In this document: piece after piece, positions 21,103 to 30,236 of the stretch
Position numbering within the stretch: position 1 is the stretch's first letter
How the letters are laid out: each line of letters begins with the position of its first letter
Source of the DNA: Leptospiraceae bacterium
Lineage (GTDB): Bacteria > Spirochaetota > Leptospiria > Leptospirales > Leptonemataceae
NCBI GenBank assembly: GCA_040217195.1
Contig: JAVJNR010000003.1
Coordinates: 704,001 to 768,000, forward strand
Reading direction: 5' to 3'
DNA: 64,000 bases
Made by a program: the position numbers and the translations under genes
Notes under the pieces: generated by a model
Seen by the model: the letters and a program-made list of their open reading frames with translations, nothing else
Told to the model about the DNA's origin: nothing
Database searches by the model: none

Positions 21103-21136
21103 GTTCATCCGGGCCCATCCAATGACCCGGATGAAC
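21103..21136 (+). terminator. Stem-loop after the acyl-CoA dehydrogenase
   Basis: GTTCATCCGGG...CCCGGATGAAC 11-bp stem; no clear U-tract. Confidence 0.5.
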
Positions 21137-21279
21137 CGAAGTCTTTCGCGGGTCTGCCATTCGGTGCAACCCGTTCAACCACCAGCCCATTAACTCTTCC
21201 AGGCAAGGATAATCGAGTTACGAAACCTGTGATTCGCTTTTTGCGTTGATGCTTACTGTGTACTTAAATCCATGGGTCT

Positions 21280-23667
21280 ATGAGGCGAATCTTTGCAACC
21301 TGTGTAATACTCTTAATCATTCCTTCCGGCTTATTTGCCAGTGACGGTGTTGCGGCCTTCTCCCATGCAGAAGCAGATATATTGTGGGTCATTATCGCCT
21401 CCGCCCTGGTTCTATTCATGCAAGCCGGATTTCTCATGCTGGAAACCGGCATGGTTCGAGCCAAGAACACAATTAATGTAGCTTTTAAGAATCTGTTCGA
21501 CTTCTTCATTGGCGTTGTGGCCTTCTTCGCTTTAGGTTATGGTATAATGTTCGGAAGTTCCTACCTGGGGTGGATCGGAACAGATAACTTCTTTCTGGCT
21601 CAGGTAAAGGAGCCTTCTAAGTTCGCTTTCTTTCTTTTTCAAGCCACCTTTCTAGGAACAGCGGCCACTATCGCATCCGGTGCAGTGGCCGAACGAATGA
21701 GGTTCAGCGCTTACATCCTCATTTCACTGTTTGCATCCATCTGGATTTATCCAGTCTTCGGGCACTGGGCCTGGGGCGGAGGATGGTTAAGCGAAATGGG
21801 ATTTATCGATTTCGCAGGCAGCACAGTGGTGCATTCCACTGGCGGATGGATTGCTCTGGCAGCGATCATTATGCTTGGGCCCCGTCAGGATAAATTCGAT
21901 GAATCCGGTAAACCCCGGAAAATCACAGGCCATAATCTTCCGGCCGCTGCCCTGGGAACCTTTATCCTGATGTTTGGCTGGCTGGGATTCAATGGCGGAA
22001 GCACTCTTGCATACACAGATGCAATACCTCTTATTCTAGTAAATACCACCATCGCGGCCGCCGGCGGAGCTCTTTCTGCCATGGTCGTAAGTTGGATTCG
22101 CTTTAGAGCTCCCGCTGTGGAAGATGGAATCAACGGGGTTCTGGGCGGTCTGGTTGCCATCACTGCAGGATGCCATATGATGTCGCCTGCCATGGCTCTG
22201 CTCGTAGGGGGCATCGCAGGCATTATTGCCTCTCTTTTTGTTATTCTTCTGGAGAACTTCTTTCGCCTGGATGATGTAGTGGGAGCATTCACCGTACATA
22301 GTGTATGCGGAGTCTGGGGAACCCTGGCCCTGGCACTGGTGGGAAATACATCAAGCTTTGCCACAACCAATGGTGAGCCCATCAGTCGCCTGGAACAGAT
22401 GGGAATTCAACTCATAGGCGTGGGCAGCAATACCCTGTGGGCCTTTGGTCTGGCTCTAATCTTCTTCTGGACTATCAAACGGTTCACTCCTCTGAGAGTG
22501 ACTGCAAAAGAAGAAAGCGATGGTCTTAACTTTTCGGAACACAATGCAAGAACCAACTGGTTCGAATTAATGCGATCCATGGATTCCATGGCACGAGGTG
22601 AAGGAGACCTGAGTACAAAACTGGAGGTGGAACCGGCCACTGCAGAAGGAGCCATTGCAGAGGTATTTAATCGAATCCAGGAAAGGATGTACGGTCTAAT
22701 CGCACAGATTCATACAAGTGTAGACCAAATGGAAATGGCTGCTTCAGATATGACAGAAGTTTCTGTGGATATCAACTCGACTGTAGAAGAACAATCGGCG
22801 CAGCTAGAAGAAATAAATGCACTGATGGAATTAATCAGTAAAGCGGTGAAAGATGTAGCTGAATTTACAGAAAAGCAAAACCATCTATCAACCCAGGTGG
22901 AGGCCATGATAGGCCGAACAGTGGATTCTGCTTCCAGGCTTCATAGTCGCATCGATCAGGCCACGGAACGGGCCGGAAATGGGCGAAATCTAGCCAGCGA
23001 AGGCCAGAAAGTTCTGGGCGAATTGTCCCATGGGATGCAGGGAATTGAGCAGGGGGCCGGCCAGGTAATGAACATCGTAAAGACTCTTCAGAAAATCTCC
23101 GAGCAGCTATCCTTTCTTTCCATCAATGCAAGTATTGAAGCGGCCCGTTCCGGTCATGACGGGATGGGCTTTGCTGTGGTAGCCGGAGAAATTAATAACC
23201 TGGCAGAGTTTACGGCAGCCCGTACCAAGGAAGCGCAGAGTCATATATCTGAAATGCAACGATGGGTGACCACGGGCAGCGCTGGAATCGACAGGACCAG
23301 AAATTCCTTCCGGACAATTGCTGAAGAAGTGGCCAACATCGATGAAGAACTCAAACAGATTCGTAGTATTAGTGAAGATCAAAACGAACAGGGAAAACGA
23401 ATCCCGGAACTAATGTCCGAGCTAGATACGATGGCAGAATCTATAGAAGAAAATGTAAAGTCCAGATCCAAAGAGATTGGAGAGATCTACGAATCCATTT
23501 CCGAGCTGAACGATTCGCTCACGGACATGAACAGGAGAACAGAAAAGCTACAGGATACAGGCAGTAGTCTCCATGAAAATGCTCTGGGCTTGCAGAAGCT
23601 TACGGCCCGCTTTCGCCTGGACAGGTTCGGCTCTCACCCAACCCAGGCATTGCCAGGCCAGGCATAA
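21280..23667 (+). CDS. Ammonium transporter (Amt) fused to a HAMP-like linker and methyl-accepting chemotaxis signalling domain
   Basis: Amt: FMQAGF..LE.G.VR.KN, SGAVAER, WAWGGGWL, DFAGSTVVH, GW.GFNGGS, DD..GAFTVH. MCP: LSINASIEAARSG..G.GFAVVA.EI..LA. Confidence 0.93.
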   Translation: MRRIFATCVILLIIPSGLFASDGVAAFSHAEADILWVIIASALVLFMQAGFLMLETGMVRAKNTINVAFKNLFDFFIGVVAFFALGYGIMFGSSYLGWIGTDNFFLAQVKEPSKFAFFLFQATFLGTAATIASGAVAERMRFSAYILISLFASIWIYPVFGHWAWGGGWLSEMGFIDFAGSTVVHSTGGWIALAAIIMLGPRQDKFDESGKPRKITGHNLPAAALGTFILMFGWLGFNGGSTLAYTDAIPLILVNTTIAAAGGALSAMVVSWIRFRAPAVEDGINGVLGGLVAITAGCHMMSPAMALLVGGIAGIIASLFVILLENFFRLDDVVGAFTVHSVCGVWGTLALALVGNTSSFATTNGEPISRLEQMGIQLIGVGSNTLWAFGLALIFFWTIKRFTPLRVTAKEESDGLNFSEHNARTNWFELMRSMDSMARGEGDLSTKLEVEPATAEGAIAEVFNRIQERMYGLIAQIHTSVDQMEMAASDMTEVSVDINSTVEEQSAQLEEINALMELISKAVKDVAEFTEKQNHLSTQVEAMIGRTVDSASRLHSRIDQATERAGNGRNLASEGQKVLGELSHGMQGIEQGAGQVMNIVKTLQKISEQLSFLSINASIEAARSGHDGMGFAVVAGEINNLAEFTAARTKEAQSHISEMQRWVTTGSAGIDRTRNSFRTIAEEVANIDEELKQIRSISEDQNEQGKRIPELMSELDTMAESIEENVKSRSKEIGEIYESISELNDSLTDMNRRTEKLQDTGSSLHENALGLQKLTARFRLDRFGSHPTQALPGQA

Positions 23668-23830
23668 AATTGAATTATAGGACCGGCAGAACGCCGGAGC
23701 AATCTACATTGAGAGATTAAGCCATCGAAAATACCTGACGGCAAAAAGCAGTCCGGCCTGAGATTGTCCGGGCCTGGGTTCGAGCACTTCAAAGTATTCG
23801 ACACAGGCTCGATTGGGACTCCATCAAAGT

Positions 23831-24379
23831 TTAGCCCCAGAGCTTCAAATGGCGAGGTTCTTCCTTCGATTCAGGACCGTTCATTCTATACTCTCGCTGC
23901 GCCTGACTCTGCAAGCTGTTGGCTTCGTTAGCAACAAGCATATCCGGTGCGGAAGGATCACCAGGTGCCATGGCCGCCAGACGAATCTGATTGGCCCGAG
24001 CGGCCGTGGCCTCCGGATCGCCAGGAACCGGGCTTGTATCGATTCGAACTTTCCCGCCTATTGCATAGGGCTTCCCATCCGGTCCAATGGCATATTCAAA
24101 TGTGGGTCCACCCTTGGCCAGGGTTCCCGCTGCAGCCATATGCTTCTGTTCATGGAGGCGGACTTCTCGATCCCGCTCCTTCAATTCATCTAGAAGGGCC
24201 TTTTCTTCATCCGAAAGTCTGGTCTCATTTTGCAAGCCTGATCGAGCAGACCTGCCTGGTTCCGCCCTTTCTACACCTTTGTCCGGACTCACATTTCTGG
24301 TGATAACCATGCCATTGGACATGATTCCCAGCAGATCTCGATTCGGATCCGCAATGATTCTTGAAATAGCCGGGGACAT
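23831..24379 (-). CDS. SprA-related family protein (putative metalloprotease, HEQxH)
   Basis: RDREVRLHEQKH..A.G...GG..FEY..GPDGK.YAIGG.V.ID...P.AT...A..I..AA.AP.DPS..D. Confidence 0.85.
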   Translation of the reverse strand: MSPAISRIIADPNRDLLGIMSNGMVITRNVSPDKGVERAEPGRSARSGLQNETRLSDEEKALLDELKERDREVRLHEQKHMAAAGTLAKGGPTFEYAIGPDGKPYAIGGKVRIDTSPVPGDPEATAARANQIRLAAMAPGDPSAPDMLVANEANSLQSQAQREYRMNGPESKEEPRHLKLWG

Positions 24380-24518
24380 ATATTGTTCAGAACCGCTCTT
24401 CGATTCAGTGATCGGAAAAAGTAGAATCGTACTTAATGGTTCAAAGAAAATGTTGACCGGCGGAAAGCCAGTCCCCGGATACTTGATTTTTCCAGTTCCA
24501 GGAAATCCGAGGACTCAG

Positions 24519-24962
24519 ATGTTGTTGGTGCGCACCTATATTGATCGCAGTGGAATTCATGGCATAGGATTGTTTGCAGATGAATTCATACCGGCAGGGA
24601 CAATGATCTGGCAGTTACTGCCGGCCTTCGATTTGATTATCAGCGAAACAGACCTGGCACAGCAGTCCAGGGTAGTCCAGGAATACGTGGGCAAATATGG
24701 CTACCTCAGCCCGGAAAGCCAGGGATACGTAATCTGTTCAGATGATGCAAGATTCTTCAACCATGCAGATGAGCCGAATACAAGATCCATCAGCCATGAG
24801 GTAACTCTGGCGCTCCGGGATATAGAGAAAGGGGAAGAACTAACCTGCAATTACTTCGAGTTTGATGCAACGGCCATCAATCATTTTCGCGGTCTCAGGG
24901 ACACGGAACCCGTGGCCGGTGCGATTCCGGATAATCCAGAAAATGGTAGGGAGGCTTCCTGA
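24519..24962 (+). CDS. SET-domain protein (putative lysine methyltransferase)
   Basis: SGIHGIGLFA, RFFNHADEPN, ALRDIEKGEELTCNY; start ATG 24519 with GAGG upstream. Confidence 0.9.
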   Translation: MLLVRTYIDRSGIHGIGLFADEFIPAGTMIWQLLPAFDLIISETDLAQQSRVVQEYVGKYGYLSPESQGYVICSDDARFFNHADEPNTRSISHEVTLALRDIEKGEELTCNYFEFDATAINHFRGLRDTEPVAGAIPDNPENGREAS

Positions 24963-24999
24963 TATAAGAAGTCCATGGGCAGAGCAGACCAAACGAAAA

Positions 25000-26286
25000 T
25001 CAGGGCTGATCGGCGTTGTTTCTGAATCTGGCTGTAATTGGCTGCATAGCGCTCGGTGCCAGTGAGTTTCGGGCCAGTAGATCCACATACCTGGCTGAAA
25101 GCACTGTTACTCTGTAGCGATAACCACCCAGGGCTTCCGAATGATAGGAAACCGGATTGGCCAGCTGAATGACTACAGACCTGTCTTCAGGATAAACACA
25201 GATCTCAGAAAAAGTACCGTTCCATAGTCCACTATGGAAGAAAGTCTTCACCAGTCCATTGTGAGCTTCCACACGGAACCCGTGGGAGTAATATTGCATG
25301 TGCTTGGTCACGGGCATGAAAGCCGGAGGCTGCAGCATTTCCTGGACGGAATCTGGTCTTAGAATTTCCGCCCCTTCCAGGGTTCCACCGCCAAGCAGCA
25401 TTCGGCCAAAACGACCCAGGTCATGAATACTGGAAGAGATACCAGAGGAGCCTTTGATTCCTGGACTGGCAGTGCTATCTCGCATGCCCAGTGGCTCAAA
25501 AATAGCCTGTTCCAGGTATTCCGGATAAGTCATTCGACTGGCATTTTCGATTATAGCGGCCAGGTGGGCATAATTTCCGTTGGAATACTGATGCCGAATT
25601 CCAGGAGCATAGGATGGTAATGAAGAACCGTAAGAAATCCCGGACGTATGAAGAAGAAGGTCTCGAACTGTTATCTGACCGAATTCAGGCCGACTGACAT
25701 GGACCCCGTATCGTGATATGGGGGCATCCAGATCTACCAATCCGTCTTCCACCAGAGTCATAACAGCTACCGCGGTAAAAGACTTGGTAAGGGATGCAAT
25801 TGGCTGACTTCTGTGTGAATCCAGGCCCTGATAGATTTTAACTGCAGGCTGCTCTTCAAGATAGATCTCTACAGCTGCACTGGGTACAATTTGATCGGAA
25901 ACTGCGGATTTAACGTAACCCAGGAGCTCCTGTTCGGCCCTGAGAGCCGCCCGAGATCTTTGAATTCTGGCTTCCCGATGTCCCTGAGTCAGCCTCACCC
26001 TGGGTGGCTCATAGCTAATAGCCCGGTCTGTCCTGGCAGGAGGAGGTACATCCAGACCCACATCAGGAAATAGGTTATCTTCTGGAAACTGCAGTGAATC
26101 GGACGCCTCTTTATATGAGAAAACGGATGCCATGGGCATGGGAACGATCAAAAGCAAGGCAAGTGCTACCCGATGCGCAATTTTCTTTTTCTGCTCCGGG
26201 CGGAGCAAAGGCCTGGAAGGGGCGCCGCTCTCATAGGGAGAAAGGCGGGCCACTCGATTTCCCTGTGCGTCCATAATCAAAGGCAT
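25000..26286 (-). CDS. Serine hydrolase, beta-lactamase class C/AmpH-like family
   Basis: SxxK (IASLTKSF), LLLHTSG, YSN, HSG; N-terminal TM anchor. Confidence 0.88.
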   Translation of the reverse strand: MPLIMDAQGNRVARLSPYESGAPSRPLLRPEQKKKIAHRVALALLLIVPMPMASVFSYKEASDSLQFPEDNLFPDVGLDVPPPARTDRAISYEPPRVRLTQGHREARIQRSRAALRAEQELLGYVKSAVSDQIVPSAAVEIYLEEQPAVKIYQGLDSHRSQPIASLTKSFTAVAVMTLVEDGLVDLDAPISRYGVHVSRPEFGQITVRDLLLHTSGISYGSSLPSYAPGIRHQYSNGNYAHLAAIIENASRMTYPEYLEQAIFEPLGMRDSTASPGIKGSSGISSSIHDLGRFGRMLLGGGTLEGAEILRPDSVQEMLQPPAFMPVTKHMQYYSHGFRVEAHNGLVKTFFHSGLWNGTFSEICVYPEDRSVVIQLANPVSYHSEALGGYRYRVTVLSARYVDLLARNSLAPSAMQPITARFRNNADQP

Positions 26287-26585
26287 ATCCCTCTATAAAT
26301 CGGCCAAATGCTGATAAAATTCCAAAAAAAGCTAATGGATTGGCCCAAATGATTCGTCTAAGCTTGACTTTCAATTCTTTTTTGCACTGCACTGAGACAT
26401 TAGCTTCCGGGCCGAGCTCGGTCCATCCGGGAGCGTTCTTTCCCGGCCCTCCGCTCCTCAAAATCTTCCGTAAGCGATTGAATTTAACTCCAATCAGCCC
26501 TGCCTCCGCTCACTGGCTGGATTTCCTGGTTTATGCGGCCGGGACCGGAACCGATGGGATGGGATCTGTGGCGGATCCAGCCGAG

Positions 26586-27029
26586 TTATGTCGTATTACG
26601 GTGGTTCGCGCGGATTATGTCTCATTAGCTCTCCGGGGCCTGGATTATGTCTCATAAAGGATTGGCGGCGCCGTATTATGTCACATCGCCGTTCAGCGGC
26701 CGGATTATGTCGTATTTGAAGCCGGGCCGAAGGCCGGAACTCAGATTGGCCAGGAATCGCAAAATCGACCGACCCAGGACTGCTGAATCGCCCGTTTTAC
26801 AGGCAGATATCTCCCGCTTCTTAGCTCGCTTTGAGCCTCCCCCTCCGGTGAACACAGGGCCCAATTTTGTCGGGCGGCTGAGAGGACCGTTGAGTAGATT
26901 ATGTCGCATCGGGGGGATCGGATCGGATTATGTCACGTTGCCTTCAGAAGGAGAGAGATATTATGTAACATCTTGTCAGGGTCGCAAAATTATGTCGCAT
27001 CGCATGTGCAATGCTGTATTATGTCACAT
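26586..27029 (+). repeat. Bipartite direct-repeat array: 2 x 5 copies of an 11-bp core TTATGTCNYAT with unique spacers
   Basis: Cores start at 26586, 26615, 26645, 26676, 26705 and 26899, 26928, 26961, 26990, 27019. Confidence 0.95.
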
Positions 27030-27162
27030 TACTGCGGTACTGAAGGATCATATCCTATTGCCTTTTCGGCGGAGGTATAACATTCATACAATCCAGGTCG
27101 GACTTTCGCAGTGCCCTTTGCCAGACGACCAACCCGGGAATACTAAACTGGATACCTGCCAG

Positions 27163-27717
27163 CTATCCGGCAGATTTTCTCTCGCGAATCCAGTTTTCCA
27201 GTTCGCGATTCACTTTTTCAGCCATAGAACCAAAGGATTCCAGTTCCTCCGGGCGGAAATTGCCCAGTAAATAGGATGCTATCTCCCCTCTCTCCGGTCT
27301 ACCGACACCGATTCGCACACGGAAAAAATTGCCATTACCCAATCGAGCAATAATATCCCGCAGACCATTGTGCCCTTTATGCCCTCCATCCTTTTTTAGC
27401 CGTACATCTCCAAACGCCAGTTCGGCTTCATCGTGCAGAACAATGATATTTTCCTGTTTGATGCCGCTGGATGCCATAGCCTTTTGCAGAGGACCGCCGG
27501 ATCGGTTCATATAGGTCATAGGCTTGAAAAGGATCAAATTCATGGAGAAAAGCTCAGCTTCAGCCATATCTCCATCATGCTTGGTTCGCCAGCTCACCGG
27601 AAGTGGCAGGTCCTCTGCAAACCGGTCCAGGGCCAGAAATCCAGCATTGTGACGAGTCTTGCTGTACTGATTGCCCGGGTTTCCCAGACCTACAATCATC
27701 AATCGCGAACCAGACAT
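27163..27717 (-). CDS. pth: Peptidyl-tRNA hydrolase
   Basis: IVGLGNPG..Y..TRHNAGF, KP.TYMNRSG, HDE, GHNGLRDI, RIGVGRP. Confidence 0.97.
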   Translation of the reverse strand: MSGSRLMIVGLGNPGNQYSKTRHNAGFLALDRFAEDLPLPVSWRTKHDGDMAEAELFSMNLILFKPMTYMNRSGGPLQKAMASSGIKQENIIVLHDEAELAFGDVRLKKDGGHKGHNGLRDIIARLGNGNFFRVRIGVGRPERGEIASYLLGNFRPEELESFGSMAEKVNRELENWIRERKSAG

Positions 27718-27774
27718 GGAGCCAGAGGCCAGGTTGCACTTGACCCGAAAAGGAAAAAACAGCGAGTCTACAAT

Positions 27775-29229
27775 ATGAACCGCCCTGCTCACCTGGTGCT
27801 GGCCCGAAAGTATCGTCCATTGAAGTTTGCCGATGTGGTTGAGCAAACAACTGCGGTCCGTGCACTGCAAAATGCAGCCCTGGAAGATCGAATCGGTTCG
27901 GCTTATCTGTTTTTTGGTCCCAGAGGTGTAGGAAAAACCACAATAGCAAGGATCCTGGCACGTCGAATAAACTGCACCGACCCAAAAGAGGGGGAGCCCT
28001 GTAATCAGTGCGAATCCTGCCGATCAATTATCGACAGCAGGTCTCTAGATGTAATCGAAATAGATGCAGCATCAAACCGAAGGATCGAAGATGTAAGAGA
28101 GCTTCGCGAAAATGTGAAGTTCCAGCCGATGAATAGCAAGCGAAAGGTGTACATTATCGATGAGGTTCACATGCTTACCACGGAGTCTTTCAACGCATTG
28201 CTAAAGACCCTGGAAGAGCCGCCAGAGCATGCTGCCTTTGTCCTGGCCACCACCGAGCTGAATAAAGTTCCAGAAACCATACTTAGCCGATGCCAGGTAT
28301 TTACCTTTCGCAAGGTACCATTGCATCGGGTTCAGGAATACATGGCCGACATTTGTCGTAAGGAAAACATTGAAGCAGAAAACGATGCTCTATTCTGGAT
28401 TGCTCGCAAAGGCGATGGCTCGGTCCGAGATAGCCTGAGCTTTCTGGAACAGGCAATTAGCTTCTGCGGAAATAAAATAACATCAGAAAAAGTGCGCGAA
28501 TTGGCCGGAGTCTATCCTCTGGAATTGTTCCTTCAGCTCACAACGCTGCTTATGAATCCGGCCACCCCTTCGCAGGATCTGGCTATGCCTGTCATGGAAA
28601 TATTTGACCAGGGCGGCGATCTGAATCGTTTTATCTGGGACTACCTGGACCATCTTAGAATCATACGCTACATTCGCTCGGGCGTGGAAGATTCAGATTT
28701 TCTGGGAATTCCGGGAAGTCAAATTCAGAATATAAAGTCCAGAGCCATGGAGTTTGATCCTGCACGAATATCCTTGATTTTTGACGAAATTCATGGATTG
28801 CTCACCACCGCCTTCTTTCTTAAACTTCGCAACTCCTATGAATCTCGTATTCTGATTGAGATGGAGTTGTTGAAAATCCATGATCGTCTTAAGAAGCCTT
28901 CGGTGAGCGCACTTATCAGCAAGATCCAAAAGCTCAGTGTAAGTCTGGCAGGACAGGATTCCCGCCGGAGCGAAGATTTAATGGCTGACCTTCCGGAAGA
29001 TTCCGGTCTCACTTCGCAGGCCCAGCCGCAAAACCAGAACCCCCGACCTTCGCAGCCGCTGCCCGGCCAATCGGCGCCCGGCAAAGATCAAACACCAGGT
29101 CCATCCTCAGATAAAAGCGATTCTACAATCAAAGGTAATGATTCGATTCCGATTGAAGATGAGCTGCAAAAGCAGTTTCTTGGGACCATGGTAGATCCGG
29201 AAAGTGTGCCAAACGAACCGGACGAATAA
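27775..29229 (+). CDS. dnaX: DNA polymerase III subunit gamma/tau
   Basis: LARKYRP..F, GPRGVGKTT, Cys cluster, EIDAASN, IIDEVHML, NALLKTLEEPP, TILSRC. Confidence 0.97.
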   Translation: MNRPAHLVLARKYRPLKFADVVEQTTAVRALQNAALEDRIGSAYLFFGPRGVGKTTIARILARRINCTDPKEGEPCNQCESCRSIIDSRSLDVIEIDAASNRRIEDVRELRENVKFQPMNSKRKVYIIDEVHMLTTESFNALLKTLEEPPEHAAFVLATTELNKVPETILSRCQVFTFRKVPLHRVQEYMADICRKENIEAENDALFWIARKGDGSVRDSLSFLEQAISFCGNKITSEKVRELAGVYPLELFLQLTTLLMNPATPSQDLAMPVMEIFDQGGDLNRFIWDYLDHLRIIRYIRSGVEDSDFLGIPGSQIQNIKSRAMEFDPARISLIFDEIHGLLTTAFFLKLRNSYESRILIEMELLKIHDRLKKPSVSALISKIQKLSVSLAGQDSRRSEDLMADLPEDSGLTSQAQPQNQNPRPSQPLPGQSAPGKDQTPGPSSDKSDSTIKGNDSIPIEDELQKQFLGTMVDPESVPNEPDE

Positions 29230-29249
29230 GGGGCATCAGGAGAAATGCA

Positions 29250-29576
29250 ATGGAGAACATGAATTTTTCAGATTTGTTCAAAAATCTGGGCGGAATGAAA
29301 TCTAAAATGGAAGAAGCCAAACGTAAAATCGAAAGAATTACGGTGTCCGGTGAATCCGGGGCGGGCATGGTCACAGCCAAAATGGATGGCTCCGGAAAGC
29401 TTCTTTCTGTTTCTGTGGATGAAAGACTACTGGATCCCAAAGAGAAAGATCTGATGGAAGAATTGATTACAGGCGCCGTAAACGATGCTCAAGCGAAAAT
29501 GAAAGAAGCGGTGGCCCATGAAATCAAGTCTGCAACAGGAATGGATATTCCAGGCCTTGGTGGAATGTTTGGATAA
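29250..29576 (+). CDS. ebfC: YbaB/EbfC nucleoid-associated protein
   Basis: GESGAGMV, EELI.GAVNDA; canonical dnaX-ybaB-recR order. Confidence 0.93.
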   Translation: MENMNFSDLFKNLGGMKSKMEEAKRKIERITVSGESGAGMVTAKMDGSGKLLSVSVDERLLDPKEKDLMEELITGAVNDAQAKMKEAVAHEIKSATGMDIPGLGGMFG

Positions 29577-30172
29577 TGCAATTCCCTGCGCTGGAACAGC
29601 TAGTAGATGTGCTTGGATCTTTACCGGGTGTGGGCAAAAAATCTGCAAGGCGAATTGCTTTTCATATCCTGAAATCCGATCCGGAAGTTAGCAGACGACT
29701 CAGTGATTCCGTAGCTCATCTGCGAAAGGAAGTGCGTTTCTGTGCTCAGTGCGGTGGCCTTTCTCAATCAGAATTGTGTCACATTTGTTCCGATACACAT
29801 AGAAATCAAAGACTGCTGTGCGTTGTGGAGGATCCATCGGACATCTTTTCCATCGAAGACACAGGAGAATTCAGCGGACTCTACCATGTATTGATGGGAG
29901 CTCTATCTCCTCTGGACGGCATAGGCCCGGATGATCTTCGCATTCAAGAATTAAGCCAGAGGATTGAAACCCATCCTTTTGATGAGATCTTTATTGCCAC
30001 AAATCCTACTCTGGAAGGGGATGCAACAGCTCATTATATCTCTGAACTATTCGCTCACCGTGGATTTCGGTTTACACGAATTTCGCATGGCATCGCCACC
30101 GGGGCAAGCATCGAATATGCAGATAAAGGAACCCTGGCCAGATCCATACGCGAAAGAAAATCCCTGGAATGA
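29576..30172 (+). CDS. recR: Recombination mediator RecR
   Basis: LPGVGKKSA.R, C4 zinc finger, YHVL.G.LSPLDG, ATNPTLEGDATA. Confidence 0.98.
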   Translation: MQFPALEQLVDVLGSLPGVGKKSARRIAFHILKSDPEVSRRLSDSVAHLRKEVRFCAQCGGLSQSELCHICSDTHRNQRLLCVVEDPSDIFSIEDTGEFSGLYHVLMGALSPLDGIGPDDLRIQELSQRIETHPFDEIFIATNPTLEGDATAHYISELFAHRGFRFTRISHGIATGASIEYADKGTLARSIRERKSLE

Positions 30173-30236
30173 AAGATTTCCCCGGATCGATTATATACTT
30201 CACTCACATCATTGGCCCTATCCTTTATTAGTTTTT

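Noticed and set aside
24087..24518. N-terminal extension of the SET ORF, and similar extensions of pth, dnaX and phr in the ORF track
   Set aside because: They overlap opposite-strand genes or lack family sequence; downstream ATGs match the family N-termini
26586..27029. CRISPR array
   Set aside because: Repeats are only 11-12 bp and degenerate, spacers are about 18-22 bp, and no cas genes are in the window
26586..27029. oriC DnaA-box cluster or complete dif sites
   Set aside because: TTATGTCACA does not fit the 9-mer TTWTNCACA, and there is no dnaA or AT-rich unwinding element. The 17 bp preceding each core show no consistent inverted XerC arm.
26340..27270. ORFs 26340-26657, 26647-27270 and 26676-26909
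   Set aside because: They cross the repeat array with cores falling in different frames, show no recognisable domain, and one overlaps pth antisense
27740..27774. TTGACC...TACAAT promoter for dnaX
   Set aside because: The 23-bp spacing is too long, and the -10 abuts the ATG
27775..29229. dnaX programmed -1 frameshift
   Set aside because: I saw no A-AAA-AAG heptamer or long A-run in the distal gene
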